Shown here: one piece after another, positions 51,628 through 63,487 of the stretch
Numbering within the stretch: position 1 is the first letter of the stretch
Layout: the number at the start of each line of letters is the position of its first letter
Assembly (NCBI GenBank): GCA_043228905.1
Contig: JBHGNT010000005.1
Coordinates: 2,790,001 to 2,854,000 of the forward strand
Direction of reading: 5' to 3'
Length of the DNA stretch: 64,000 bases
Origin: Azolla caroliniana
Lineage: Eukaryota; Plantae; Polypodiophyta
Made by a program: the position numbers and the translations under genes
Notes under the pieces: generated by a model
Told to the model about the DNA's origin: nothing
Database searches by the model: none
What the model saw: only the letters and a program-made list of their open reading frames with translations

Positions 51628-54600
51628 TCATGGAATTCTTCGGACTTGTATGGATTGAAGCATACTAGATTGGCTTGAGGGAGTGACATCAGAAACCGCA
51701 ATGATCAAGTCCCCAGATTTCACCATGCCACGAGCTTTCAGTAGTGAGAAAGTGAGACGGAGGTTGACCTCCATATCCTCTGAGAAATTTATACGAAATG
51801 GTATCAGGCCCCACCTCAGATTTAGCTTTATCCGCACATCTCTCGAATCAGTGAATGCGAAAATGGGACATTCGGGTCGGTTCCGAGATACTAAAGATGC
51901 CATATGACCCCCTTTGGTGTACACAAAAATAGCGTCTGCCTGGAGTTTACTTGCTGCATCAAACAAGTTGGGAGTAAAGAAATCTCAACATCCAATATAT
52001 ATCAAAATAACTACCATAGACATACATACATACATATATATGTGTGTGTGTGTGTGTGTGTCCATCTAGATTGTATGCATATTTTAGTTGACAGAGGTGT
52101 TCATACAGACACATACAGAATACATAGTGCATGACACATGCCACACATTTATAGGTACTACATGCCAGTACATAGACACAAACATTTACAGGCGTAATTT
52201 AGATATATATTTGTTTATTTTATGTATACATACATATATACACATGTATATAGCTGGGGTGTATACAAGACATCTATAAAGAAATGCTACTAACCCATTA
52301 GGGCTCCTGCAGTACAGATCTGTTCAGATATCTGGTCTGACAGCACATTTGAGAGCTGTTGCAAGAGAAGAGGGTCACGCTGCTTCTCCCTACACCATTC
52401 CTCCATTCTTAGGCTGACAATCCTCAGCACGCTCAGTGCCTTTTCGGGAAATCGTCCCATTGCAGACTCACCAGAGAGCATAAGTGCATCAACTCCCTGT
52501 TGTACCATCTCGGAAACATCTGCTACCTATATCAACAATCCAAAGCTAGAGATCTCTCAATTCCCACGATAAAAAACTGAAATGGCGTAATAAAATGAGA
52601 ATGGCTGAAATCACTGATAAGCTCAATGGCTTAACAAAACTGAAATGGCTGAAATAACTGAATAAGAAAAGAAAAATGTTGCACCTCAGCTCGTGTTGGT
52701 GTTGGGCATTCGATCATTGAGTCCAAAAGCTGCGATGCGACAATAACTGGCTTGTTCAACTGACGGCAAAGTAGCACAACATCATTCTGAACAGAAGGAA
52801 CTTGCTCCAGAGGGATTTGTGCACCGAGATCCCCCCTTGCTACCATCGCTCCATCTGACACACGGATAATTTCGTCTAGATTTTGCAAAGATTCACAACT
52901 CTCGATTTTAGCTAGTACTCCTATCAACCTGCATAGGACCTTATTTTTCAGTATGTGTCGCTCCTATTTACTCCAACTTACAGGCATATCTATACATGAC
53001 ATGAAAAATAGGCCAAAGCCACAGAAACCATAGCCATTTATAAACTCTCAGAGAAAGATGATAAAAACAGGGGAAACTACTAGTATCCCAAACAGGAGAC
53101 ACTACTAGGATAATTTTCTTGGAAAAACATTGAAAAAAACAGGGGAAAAACATCAGTATCCAAAACCATAGTCAATGAGTATGTACAGATCTGGCAGTGA
53201 GAGATGATAAAAATAGGGGAAACATTAGCATCCTAAACCATAGTGAATGGTTATCTACAAATCTCAAGGAGAAAATGGAGGATGTGAATAATCCAAACTA
53301 AATGTCACCGACAGAATTATATAAAAGTGGAAAGTTCAATAAATTAAATTGAACCAAACGTTGATATGTATGATAAGAATCTTGTCATTGAAGCTTCAGG
53401 TAAACTTGTTTTGGTTCTTTTAAAAAAAAGATAAATATAGTATTTACCTCTGTGGTGACCTTGCTGCGATATAGCTTTTCAGATGCTTGATCACATCTGC
53501 CGTTTTCACAAATGAAACGGCAATAAAATCAACATTCTCAGCTATCGCAAAATCGATGTCAATCCAATCCTGAGAGAACAATATGACAAAGTCAAACCCT
53601 TCCATCTCATAGGAAAATAAATACACGAGCTTACTATGAGAAAAAATATCCATTCCAAGTGGCAAAGATTAACTAGCTGCTTTCTGTGCATGATATACAG
53701 ACATTAAACCTATCTTATTATTTGAAATTTGGATGCCAATGTTCTTTCTTATGCATATTAAAGTCAAAATTAAATTATTTTTTTGTTATAAACATGTTGC
53801 TTAACCTTCTCCTGGTATCTGAGACCCAATAATATGCAGTTGCATGTAATTGGCGATGACTAATATGGGTAAAGATGAGTGTGTTCAATAAAACTCCCAA
53901 GTGAAGCAAGGCTTATTCATTACTGAAATGTCAAGGAATAGACGGAAACAAAAACATTTTTCATATAAATAAACAAATAAACACTTCTCAATTCTCAATT
54001 CTCAATTCTCAATTCGGGCCTTCTTTACATTATCCCATGAAGAATGAATAAAATTCCAAAAATGTCAGTTTGAATTTATGAAACACACCTTTGAGGATAT
54101 AGTGGGAAGCATAGAATTGCCCTCACGAACCAAATATCCACCTCTCCAGAAAGTCACGTTGGCTCGAGGCAAAAGCAACCCTGGATCGATGCATTTACAA
54201 TGAACATCAGGCCCCACCTTTTCCACAACCTCGAATCTCACCATGCCACCATCAACCACGAGCTCGTCTCCAATCATCACATCTGTCAAAAAAAGTCATC
54301 ACCTTTTTAAGCACAAATCCTCCTAATTCCACTGTATCAATGCCATCACTTTATCTTCTTTCACCTTCAGCAAATCCCCCGTAATTAACTTGAACCGTGC
54401 GATGTGGTAAAGGCCCATCAAAAGTTCTTACAGTAAAGACCCAAACGTCTCCATCCTGTTCATAAATACAGTGATGCATCAACATGCTAAGAAACAATAT
54501 ATATTTCTTCAACTTACATTTAAGCAGGAATGATTTGAGGATGAAGATCCTAATTAAGAAACTCCAACTAGTAATAGCATTGTGTAAACACCTTTAGCAC

Positions 54601-55508
54601 AAATAGACCATAGAAAGTATCCTGCGTACTATATGCCTAATGCATCTATCTCTGGGCTTCATCAACAAGTTAGCAATAGGTATATGTGCACATAACGGTT
54701 AGGATTTAACCATAAATTGACTGAAAAACACAGGAAAATGTACCAAAACGGTATGAAGCTATACTGACATAATATATACATAATGGGTCTATATCTATCC
54801 TTCATGGGAGTCCTATTAACAACAGTTATATGTGCACCTGGCATTCACAATTTTAAGCATGAATGTAGCTAAAAAGGCGCTGAAAAGTACCTCTGTTCTG
54901 ACAGAGGAGGCACCACCGAGGTCTCCCATGTGGATCTCACTACCTTCCGTGTCAATCATGATGGCAATACAATACCCTTTCTCATCATTGAGCCTTCTAA
55001 CATGACTAATGACCTGAGCATGCCATTCTCTACTACCATGGCACATGTTAAGTCTAGCCACGTTCATACCTCCCACAGCCAGAGCTTCAAGTTGTTCAGG
55101 CAAACAACATGACGGACCAATCGTACACACTAGCTTTGTTCTTCTACTACTTCTGAACCCATTTTTCTTCAAATCTGACTCTGTCACTATATCCACTTCT
55201 AGCACACCCGAAGAAGAAGAAGACTTATCTTCTACAATAACCAATGCTTGCTTGTTTAGAGAAAATAGGTTGCTTTCAGTGGCCTTTGTAGAGGTCATTG
55301 CAACCTCCGTGAGTGTAGCCGTGCTTTCAAATTGCTCGGAATTGCATGATATTGAGCTAAGCAAGCTGAATCGATTGTTAGACGATGATGGGTTTGTTCT
55401 AAAATGATGACATGGGGTAGGAATTCTTGACTTCTTGGTGAAGGACAGAGCTCGGTCGGTTGAGAAAGAGCAGTGAGAAGTCAGGGAGATCTGTAGAAGG
55501 TTCGCCAT
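51628..55508 (-). CDS. PKP1: Plastidial pyruvate kinase, alpha subunit, about 608 aa with a transit peptide
   Basis: In-frame exons 55508-54891, 54455-54365, 54282-54089, 53569-53448, 52928-52685, 52526-52295 and 51953-51628. An S/T-rich N-terminus is followed by [49 protein letters not shown] and [10 protein letters not shown]. Confidence 0.96.
53020..53275. repeat. Three to four diverged repeats of about 60-75 bp in PK intron 4
   Basis: Recurrent aaaccatag...gatgataaaaa.agggga.aaca.tag.atcc units. Confidence 0.65.
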
Positions 55509-55616
55509 GGAAGCTCAAAAAGCTCGTCAAGACACCTATGTGCAGTGTTTGTTCTTCGTCTTTCTTTGTCGGAAGAGGAAGAGGAAGAGGAAGAGAGAGA
55601 GAATGTTTGGGATGAT

Positions 55617-55677
55617 AAGAGAGAGAGAGAGAGAGAGAGATTTTGCATGAAGGCCCTTTTCATGCAAGCTTGAGAGG

Positions 55678-55729
<52 letters not shown>
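55617..55729. repeat. (GA)n/(GT)n microsatellites in the PK 5' region
   Basis: Directly visible. Confidence 0.9.
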
Positions 55730-55731
<2 letters not shown>

Positions 55732-57212
55732 CCATTGTGATGAAAGAGCCCTTTTCCATGCAAGTTGTAAAGAAGGTTTCAATTAAGTCATTCCTTCATT
55801 CATTTTGTGTTGAATTGAATTGCTTTCAATAGAGAGGTTTAACCGACGCATCGCACCCACACCACATTGCTATCTGTTCGACTACTCTCATTATTATTAT
55901 ATGAGCCATCTTTAGTTTGATCACAAGAAGACATATGAAGGTTCCTTGTCCACGACATGATCCATCCGAACTCGATCTCGAATGCCTTTTGCTTGTTCAC
56001 TCTGTTTTCTCGTTGGATAAAATATGCCTACAACTATCATCACTAGATACATAATGTTAAGACGTATAGAGATTGTGGAAGGGGAAAAACAAAGCTCAAT
56101 TCCCGTTTTTCCATCCATTGTCAATAGGGATTGGAATTGAATCGCCCAAAGTTTGGTCAATTTTGAATCGTCCTTACTTGCCATAGAGCTTGAAATTGAA
56201 GGTATAAAAAAAGGAAAGAAAGATGGCAAATGGCTCAAGGTTCGGTTGTACAATGTCAAGATTCCAAGAGATGAGAGTAAGAATACACATGTTTTTTCTC
56301 ACCAATACATGGCTAGTAAGCATGCAAACACTATTTCAAAGAAGCACTCCAAAAAGATTGTGAGAGAGGATTTATAGGGTTTCCGCTTGCTCGGGAGTGG
56401 GAGGCAAGATGCGGACAAAGAAGGCACTCAAAGTGGGAGAGAAGGACGTGAATGTGTGAGTGGAATAGCCCACGACATGAAAAGGCAAGGCAATTGTTGT
56501 TCTTGAGTTGCATGTTGCCAAGTGGCGATATTCTTGTGATCCTAAGAATGCTATATGAGTGAAAGATTTGCTCACACCATGGAACCACTCTGGTTCCATG
56601 CCAATCTTCAACACTTTGTCATCTTGGTCTCCGGGCAATACAAATGTTTTGTTATTGCTTTCTTGCTTTGTTATTATCTTCTTATCTTCAAAATAAAAAC
56701 TACCTTTGAAGCTTCGACCATTATAGCTCAGGCTAGCGAAACTCGAAGGCCTTCCTCCTAGATTATTTTCTGTTTCTTTTTATACTCTGTCATTGTTTTA
56801 CTCTATGTTTAAAGGGGTTTCCTCGTTGAAATCAAACTTATTTAATTCTTAATCTAGCATTTGGTGTACAAGAAAACTGTGAGTCTTAGTCTTAGTTATT
56901 TGTCATGTAATTATGTTTTATGTCACAACACCATCTTCCCTAGTTTAGGTCCTTGTTGATCTTGCTCAACTTTCACACACACATGTGTATTTCTACGTAA
57001 ATGTAGTATGTTGACATTGTTATTTGAAGGCGTTTACTCCAAAGTTGTAGTTATGTACACATAACGTAGGTGAGGGTAGGTCTCTAATATTTACATAAGT
57101 GAAGGATATACTCACTAATGTTAAAAAGGGGACTAATGTGATTAGATAGAAGGAATGATAGGTGCATGCACTATCATGATTTGGAGAACCAATGAATGGA
57201 GAGCCTTTTAGA

Positions 57213-57529
57213 AAGGCACATCTATTCAAGGGGCCTAGGAAGTGGTATACATATGAGGCTTCGCTACCCTCATAACAACATTACGTCGGAAAGCCTCACC
57301 CGACCACCCCCGAGCTATGATTTAGACATAGCCAACCTACCACCGACATCCCATACCGCCGGATATTAGGATGACTAATACCTTAGAAGAGATAACACGA
57401 TCGTCGAGATGAAAGCCTAGCTCGCACCAACGGTATCTAAGACAACAACCTTCTGACGTAATGTTCTTATGAGGGTAGCTAAGCCTCATATTTATACCTC
57501 TTCCTAGCCCCCTTCAACAGATGTGCCTT
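57213..57529. mobile_element. Foldback element with inverted arms of about 80 bp
   Basis: 57213-57293 (aaggcacatctattcaagggg...acattacgtcggaaag) is the reverse complement of 57449-57529 with about 9 mismatches. Confidence 0.8.
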
Positions 57530-58422
57530 GGATTACTGATGGATATTGTTAGTGATCGAGATTCCAAGTTTACTAGTGACTTTTGAACCGAGGTCTTTAA
57601 GAATCTAGAAACTACGTTGAGCATGAGTTTCGCAGCTCATCCTTAGTCTGATGGACAAACTTAACGAGTTAATCAAATTATTGAGGACATGCTTTGAGCT
57701 TATGTAGCAAAAACCCCTTCTAAGTGGGAGCAATACCTTCCTATCTTAGAATTTGCCTTTAATAGCTCAAAACATACATCCACTGGATATAGTCCTTTTA
57801 TGTTGATGTATAGTTTTTCGCCATGTGCCCCAGTCGATGTCACGATTAATCGTGATACATTAGACAGTACATGCAACTTTTTGCAAGACATGAACCAAAT
57901 GTTGCATATTACCAAAGAAAATGTTTAAACAACTCAAGATCCAACTCGATTTTATGCTGATCAAGATAGACGTCCTCATGCATTTACTATTGGTCAAAAT
58001 GTTTTTTTGCATGTCCCTACTGACTCTATGTCATTGTCTACGAGCAAGTACTCTAAGTTAGCCCCACAATATTGTGGCCCATATGAAATCCTTAAGCGAG
58101 TTGGGTCATATGCTTATCACCTTGCCTTACCCCATAACGTTGGCATTCACCCTGTTTTTCACGTCAGTCGTCTAAAACCATTTTTAGGCTCTGGTGATAA
58201 CACCATCACAATCCAGGATCTTGTAAAATTAAAGGATTTTTCTCACAAACCTCATGTTCCTGAACGAATTCTTGATTCTCGTACAAAACTTTTACGTTCT
58301 AAAGAGATTTGGCTATTCAAGATCTAATGGATGGATAAACCTATTGATGATGCCACATGGGAACGTGAGCATACTCTTAAGGCACAATTTCCTCACTTTA
58401 TATTGCAAGAGTGCAATCTTTT

Positions 58423-60004
58423 ATAAGCGAAGACGGTGTGGGGGTTGAAGTAGAATATTATGAGTAGGTACAGGAAGTTCCTAAAAATGGACAAATGGTT
58501 GATGTTGAAAATGAAGCATATTTTCTATAATGATGACTGAAGATGGTGTTGGAGGCTGAAGCAGATTTTTATGAGCGTTTGAGGAGAGTGAACTCATTCT
58601 ATTTTTTTGATGGTGTAGGGGGCTGAAACATGCTTTCATGAGGGGAGAAGGAGAGCACACTTGATGTTGTAGGTACTGGACTTTCGGAATGGTGGATGTG
58701 GAAACAAATGTGGTCTCATGGAATGCAATGATAACAGGGCATATAAAACATGGATGTTTGTTGATATGATTTTGATGTGGAAAATTAAGCATATTCCTTT
58801 ATCTTTTCATAACGTTGTGTAATGGTGGATATATCTTCCCTAGGGTCATCGCGTCTTCCAATCTCAAGGACCTTGGTAGTAAATGATGAGACTGTTGATA
58901 TGGAAAACGAAGCACATTATCTATTTCTAACAAGGATGAGTGACGATGGTGTCAGGGGATGAAGCATAATTTCATGAGGGGATCCGGAGAGTATTGTCAT
59001 TATGTTTTTTGTATGTGTAGGGCTTTGGTGGTCTACGACGAGGTGGTTGATGTGGACTTTGGTGGTAATCGGCTAAATGTTGGATGGGGAAAACAAAACA
59101 AATTCTTTGTTTGATAAGGATGAGTCATGAGGTTGTCGGGGGCTGTCACGACGGGACAAGGAGAGTAGACTCATTTTCTTTTTTGTTTTATGAGTGTTGA
59201 TGGTGTGGAGTTGGAAGCATATTATTGAGGGTTGACGAGGGTACATGCTTTGAAGCTTGGAGATTTTAATGATATCATCAACCCTCACCTTTACAATTGT
59301 CTCTTTGAAGCATTTAATACACAACAACTCAGGCCAAATGTGTTGCTGTCATTGGAATACATTGCTCGACTCTAGACATTGGAGTTCATTGACAAAGTGA
59401 TCACATTACATGATCTATAAAGTTGGTTGATTTTGTGGGCATTTTTTGTGAAAGGTTGAGGTATGCTTTGGAGAAGCTAGCTAATAAAAAATGAGTTGTT
59501 ATCACAATGTCCTTAGTATCGGTTATGTGATAGGGCTAATGGGAAAAATGAAGTTCGAAAAAGTTGGATACTCTAAGTAGGAATGCAGAGCAGATGTTCT
59601 CTTCTTATGTCATCAAATGCTTCATGAAGGTGTATATTCAGACAAGACTATGCTCATTCATGAAGTTGGATTTTAACTACAAGGTAAGGTAAAAGGAGGC
59701 ATTGAGGCTGTTGAAGGGGAAGAAAAAAGAAAAAAACAATAACCTTGATTTGGTTCAATGCTTCACGTATATTGGGACTCCTTTGCTTGTTTTTGTCTGG
59801 AGGTTGGACTATTCATCTTGTTGACTTCGAGACGGATATGGCTTCATTGTATTTTCTTTATCTCAAAATTGCCTACGTGTGTTTCTTACTTTGTTTACCT
59901 ACAAAGATTGACTACGGTCATATGTAATATTGGACTATTTGGTATAAGGCCTCTGGCCATTGCAATTCTAATACCAATGGAGGATATATTCTCATGAAAA
60001 AAAA
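58423..60004 (+). mobile_element. Poly(A)-tailed retroposed insertion carrying PPR fragments
   Basis: 16-bp TSD AAGAGTGCAATCTTTT (58407-58422 and 60005-60020) and an A-run at 59997-60006. PPR-like peptides NVVSWNAMITGHIKHG (58707-58754) and LFLCHQMLHEGVYSDKT (about 59599-59650). Confidence 0.8.
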
Positions 60005-61020
60005 AAGAGTGCAATCTTTTGAACTAGGGGAGTATGTTATGTACACATAACGTTGTCGCGTTATTATGCGCGTACGTGTGGAAAGGGGCTTGGACCGAGG
60101 AGCGAGAGAGAGAGAGACGGAGAGAGATTCACCGACACGAAAAGCGAGAAGGAAAGAGATAGAATCGTAACACTTAATTATAATGACAAGAGATTACAAT
60201 CCCTGATAGTTACAACCGACGAGGCGGCGACGGACCCGACACGGGGACCCTACTCACGCACACTGACGACAGTCACCCGACTCCAAGAAACAAAGGGAAA
60301 AGGGAGCGACTCTGCTGGAAGCACACGGGTTGTCCACGAAGCAGAGGCAACGCACTCCCACAGGCGGCGACGGACCCATAGAGAACGATGGCTCGAGTAG
60401 AGAGAGAGCTCGGCTTCCCTTCTGCAGCCGCGCTTCCCCTTCTCCCTCGCGCGGGATATCCTTCCTTTTCTTTCTCCTCTTCCTTTTATTCCATGTCCCC
60501 CTTTGGGATACGCACAATCCCCTCTAATAAATGCGTGTGGCTTAGTAGTCACATCCACCGGTTCACGTACAAAGTATCCAGTCACGCGTCCTTCCTTGTA
60601 GGGGCCGGTTTACGCGCTTTCTCTCCGATTCCGCCTATGACCGGTTTTCTTCACGACATCCACCCCCACCAAACCGCGCATCCACCGGTATGCGCAAGAG
60701 ATGGGTAGATATCGAAGAAACCCGGCCTCACTCGTTGCTCTCCGGTTCTCCGCCGAACCCGAACTGATCGTCGTTGTCGCTCCCGCTCGCAGGCTTCGGC
60801 TTGTCTTCGAACTGCTTTTTGAAAGCTTTGATCCGCTTTCCGGCCACCGGCACCGCTAACCGTGTCTCGTCGAGCTTCGCAAGGTGGTACGTGTTGTTGC
60901 CGTTCGCGCTCGTCACCATGTAGAGCCCGAACCATCTCCTAGCAAACTTTCGCACCGCCTTGTGCTGATTGTCGAGGCTGCTGTCGTATACCAAGACCCA
61001 GTCGCCTTCCTCGATCTTCT

Positions 61021-61848
61021 TGACGAGAACTGGACGTTCCTTATGTCCGACGCTCGGCCACAACCGAGATTCTTTTCATACACAGAAAAACAGGTAATGA
61101 AACGCAACACAAAGGAGAGAAATGGTACACAGGAGGTTTACGTGGAAAACCCCAAAATAGGGGAAAAAACCACGGCAGCCCACAGGCTGCAAACTGTCAC
61201 TATGTAGGAATATACAACAGTGAGATCACTGAGGCAACGACCTCGTGCTCTCAGATCTTCGCCACAGGCGGCGGTTACAACGGAGGCAGCGACCTCGTCT
61301 CTCTCTCACTCTCTCTGTACAGTTACGCGCTCTCTCTTCTTCTTGCACCAACAATGAAGAATGACAACAACAAGAACAGCTTAACTAAGAGTTTGCCCTA
61401 AGTCATATTTATACTAATATGACTTTTCGGCTATTTACAAATGTAGCCTCGATGGGCTCTCAGAAACATATTTACGAATATGTCTCTTCCTCCAGTTCAT
61501 ACCGGGCCTACACCATCCGGCTCTCCGCAGTCGGGTACTCCCCATCCGGACCATACCGGGCCTACACCATCCGGCTCTCCGCAGTCGGGTACTCCACATC
61601 CGGTCTATACCGGGCCTACACCATCCGGCTCTCCGCAGTCGGGTACTCCCCATCCGGTTCATACCGGGCCTACACCATCCGGCTCTCCGCAGTCGGGTAC
61701 TCCCCATCCGGTTCATACCGGGCCTACACCATCTGGCTCTCCGCAGTCGGGAACTCCCCATCCAGTTCATACCGATTCGGCCTCGGCCGAGTTTGTTCGT
61801 CGGCACTGCACTTCTCCCTTCCCATCCGGAGGGACCTGTCTCCCAACA
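61021..61848 (-). mobile_element. Solo LTR (copia-like) inserted in the integrase of element B
   Basis: TG...CA ends and a 5-bp TSD CTTCT (61016-61020 and 61849-61853). Removing it restores RLRPKK-IEEGDWVLV. It contains gtttacgtggaaaaccc...gggaaaaaaccacgg, typical of copia LTRs. Confidence 0.88.
61492..61775. repeat. 54-bp tandem repeat, about 5 copies, inside the solo LTR
   Basis: Unit ccggttcataccgggcctacaccatccggctctccgcagtcgggtactccccat. Confidence 0.95.
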
Positions 61849-63487
61849 CTTCTTTGGTCGCAACCGGTGCGTCCGGTTGAACCGGGTCTTGTTACGCTCC
61901 CTCGCCGCTCGCAGCTTTTCCTTCGCCTGTATTACGTCCTCCGGCCTCCGCTTGAGTTGCCGAATCCGCGCCGCGAGCAACTCCTCCCGGCTCATTTCGT
62001 CCTTCCAATCTACTGCCGCCCACGAAGAAACCGTCCATTCCACCGGCATGATCGGCTTTTGTCCGTACATTAGCTCCGTCGGCATAAACCCTGTCACCGA
62101 ATTGTGCGTAGTCCGGTCCGCCCATAGCGCGTAAGGAAGGAGTCGCGGCCAATTCCCGACCTGCCCACCGCATGCACGCACCAACGCCTTTACAATCGGT
62201 CCGTGCCCACGTTCCACCTTTCCGTTCGCCTCCAGATTGTACGTCGTGGTGAGGGAGAGTTTGATGCCTAGCCGGTCGAACAACTCCTCGGCCTCCCGCG
62301 CATCCAGCTCTCCCCGGTCCGCCATGATCCTCCCGACGCACCCGTACCGACACACTACTTCTTCGATCAGGAACCGGCATGCCGTCGCGGTTGTCTTGCT
62401 TTGCAGTGCGCGGCCTTCCACCTGGTTCGTTAAGTCTTCCCATGCAAGCACCAGGTATCACATCTGTCCTACCCCCATCGGCATCGTCACCAAGTCCACC
62501 ATCCATTTGAAATGGACCGTAGGCGGGTAGGTCGGGTGTAGCTCGTCCCGGTGTCGGGCTGCGGAGTGCATCTGACAGCTCTCGCAAGTCGTTACAAACC
62601 GATGCACGTCCTGGTACAGCCCAGGCCACCAGTACTTCTCCTTTAGCTTCTTGAAAGTGGCCCACCTTCTGCGGTGCCCGGCCCAGGGGCTCTCGTGAAA
62701 TGCCGTCAGTAGTTTCCCTTGTTCTTCCTTCTTTGCCACTACTCGAAGTGGAATGCCGGTTCTCTTCTTTGGGTGCCTCCATATGCACCCGTCCCGCAGG
62801 AAGAATCGGTACGCCTTCCTCCGTATCCGGCTCGCCTCCTCTCTTGCCCATGTTGCGTCCGGCGTCATCGTCTGTAGGAACCTCCCGATTTGGAGCCACT
62901 CCCCGTCGTACCTGCTTTCGTCAAATTCGTTAAGTGCCGGAGTGTTCCCTTTCCTTGTCGTTACGCTAGCCGACCCGAAGAAGTCCTCGCCGACTTCTTC
63001 GTCTTCCGAAACCATGCCGTCTTCGTCGTTGAACCTTGCCCTCGAAAGCATGTCGGCCATGGCGTTGTCCTTTTCGGAGATGTGCCATATCTCCGGGTTC
63101 AGGGACTTAATGTATGCTATCCACCGGAGCATTGCTAGGTCCGGCGTTGTGCATCCGAAAACCATGCCGAGTATCGGCAGGCAGTTCGTCTCGATAATCA
63201 CCTCCGTCCCGATCAGATAATCCTTGTCGGCCTTGACCGCCGAAACGACACCCCAAAGTTCGCGCTTAACTTGGGCGTACCCTCGCTGTCGCTCGCTCAA
63301 TACCTTCGCCCCGAACCGGATCGGGAATCGTACGCCGCCCTTGTCCTCCTGACTGATTACCCACCTGATCCCGGTCGAGCCGGTGTCCACCGTTACGCAA
63401 ATGGGAACTTCCTTGCCATAAACCGCTTTACGGAGAGCCGGCGCTGCCGTAAGCGCCTCCTTTAGTCTCCGAACCGACTCCGTGTGC

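Larger units (their letters stand above)
57049..60053 (+). mobile_element. Degenerate Ty3/gypsy chromovirus (element A), internally deleted
   Basis: The LTR start gttatgtacacataacgt occurs at 57050 and again at 60035-60053, after the polypurine tract (PPT) gaactaggggagta. Integrase core DIVSDRDSKFTS starts at about 57530, followed by KLAPQYCGPYEILKRVG, IHPVFHVSRLKP and a chromodomain (PERILDSR...DATWE) to about 58400. There are many stops. Confidence 0.85.
60054..63487 (-). mobile_element. GC-rich Ty3/gypsy retrotransposon (element B): RNase H, integrase and 3' LTR
   Basis: The 3' LTR spans 60054-60658 (TGTCGCG...TCACGACA) with a PPT at 60659-60670. RNase H is followed by the integrase HHCC (FHESPWAGH...TCESCQ) and core (DLV...ADRG...EANGKVERGH), the RH-then-INT order of gypsy elements. 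There is an in-frame TGA at 62460-62458. Confidence 0.93.

Noticed and set aside
61492-61775. CRISPR-like array
   Set aside because: The units are contiguous with no unique spacers, in a eukaryotic LTR context with no cas genes.
61419-62899. Long overlapping ORFs with 18-aa repeats and an alternative-frame 335-aa ORF
   Set aside because: They are explained by the 54-bp tandem repeat and the high GC content of the gypsy pol gene.
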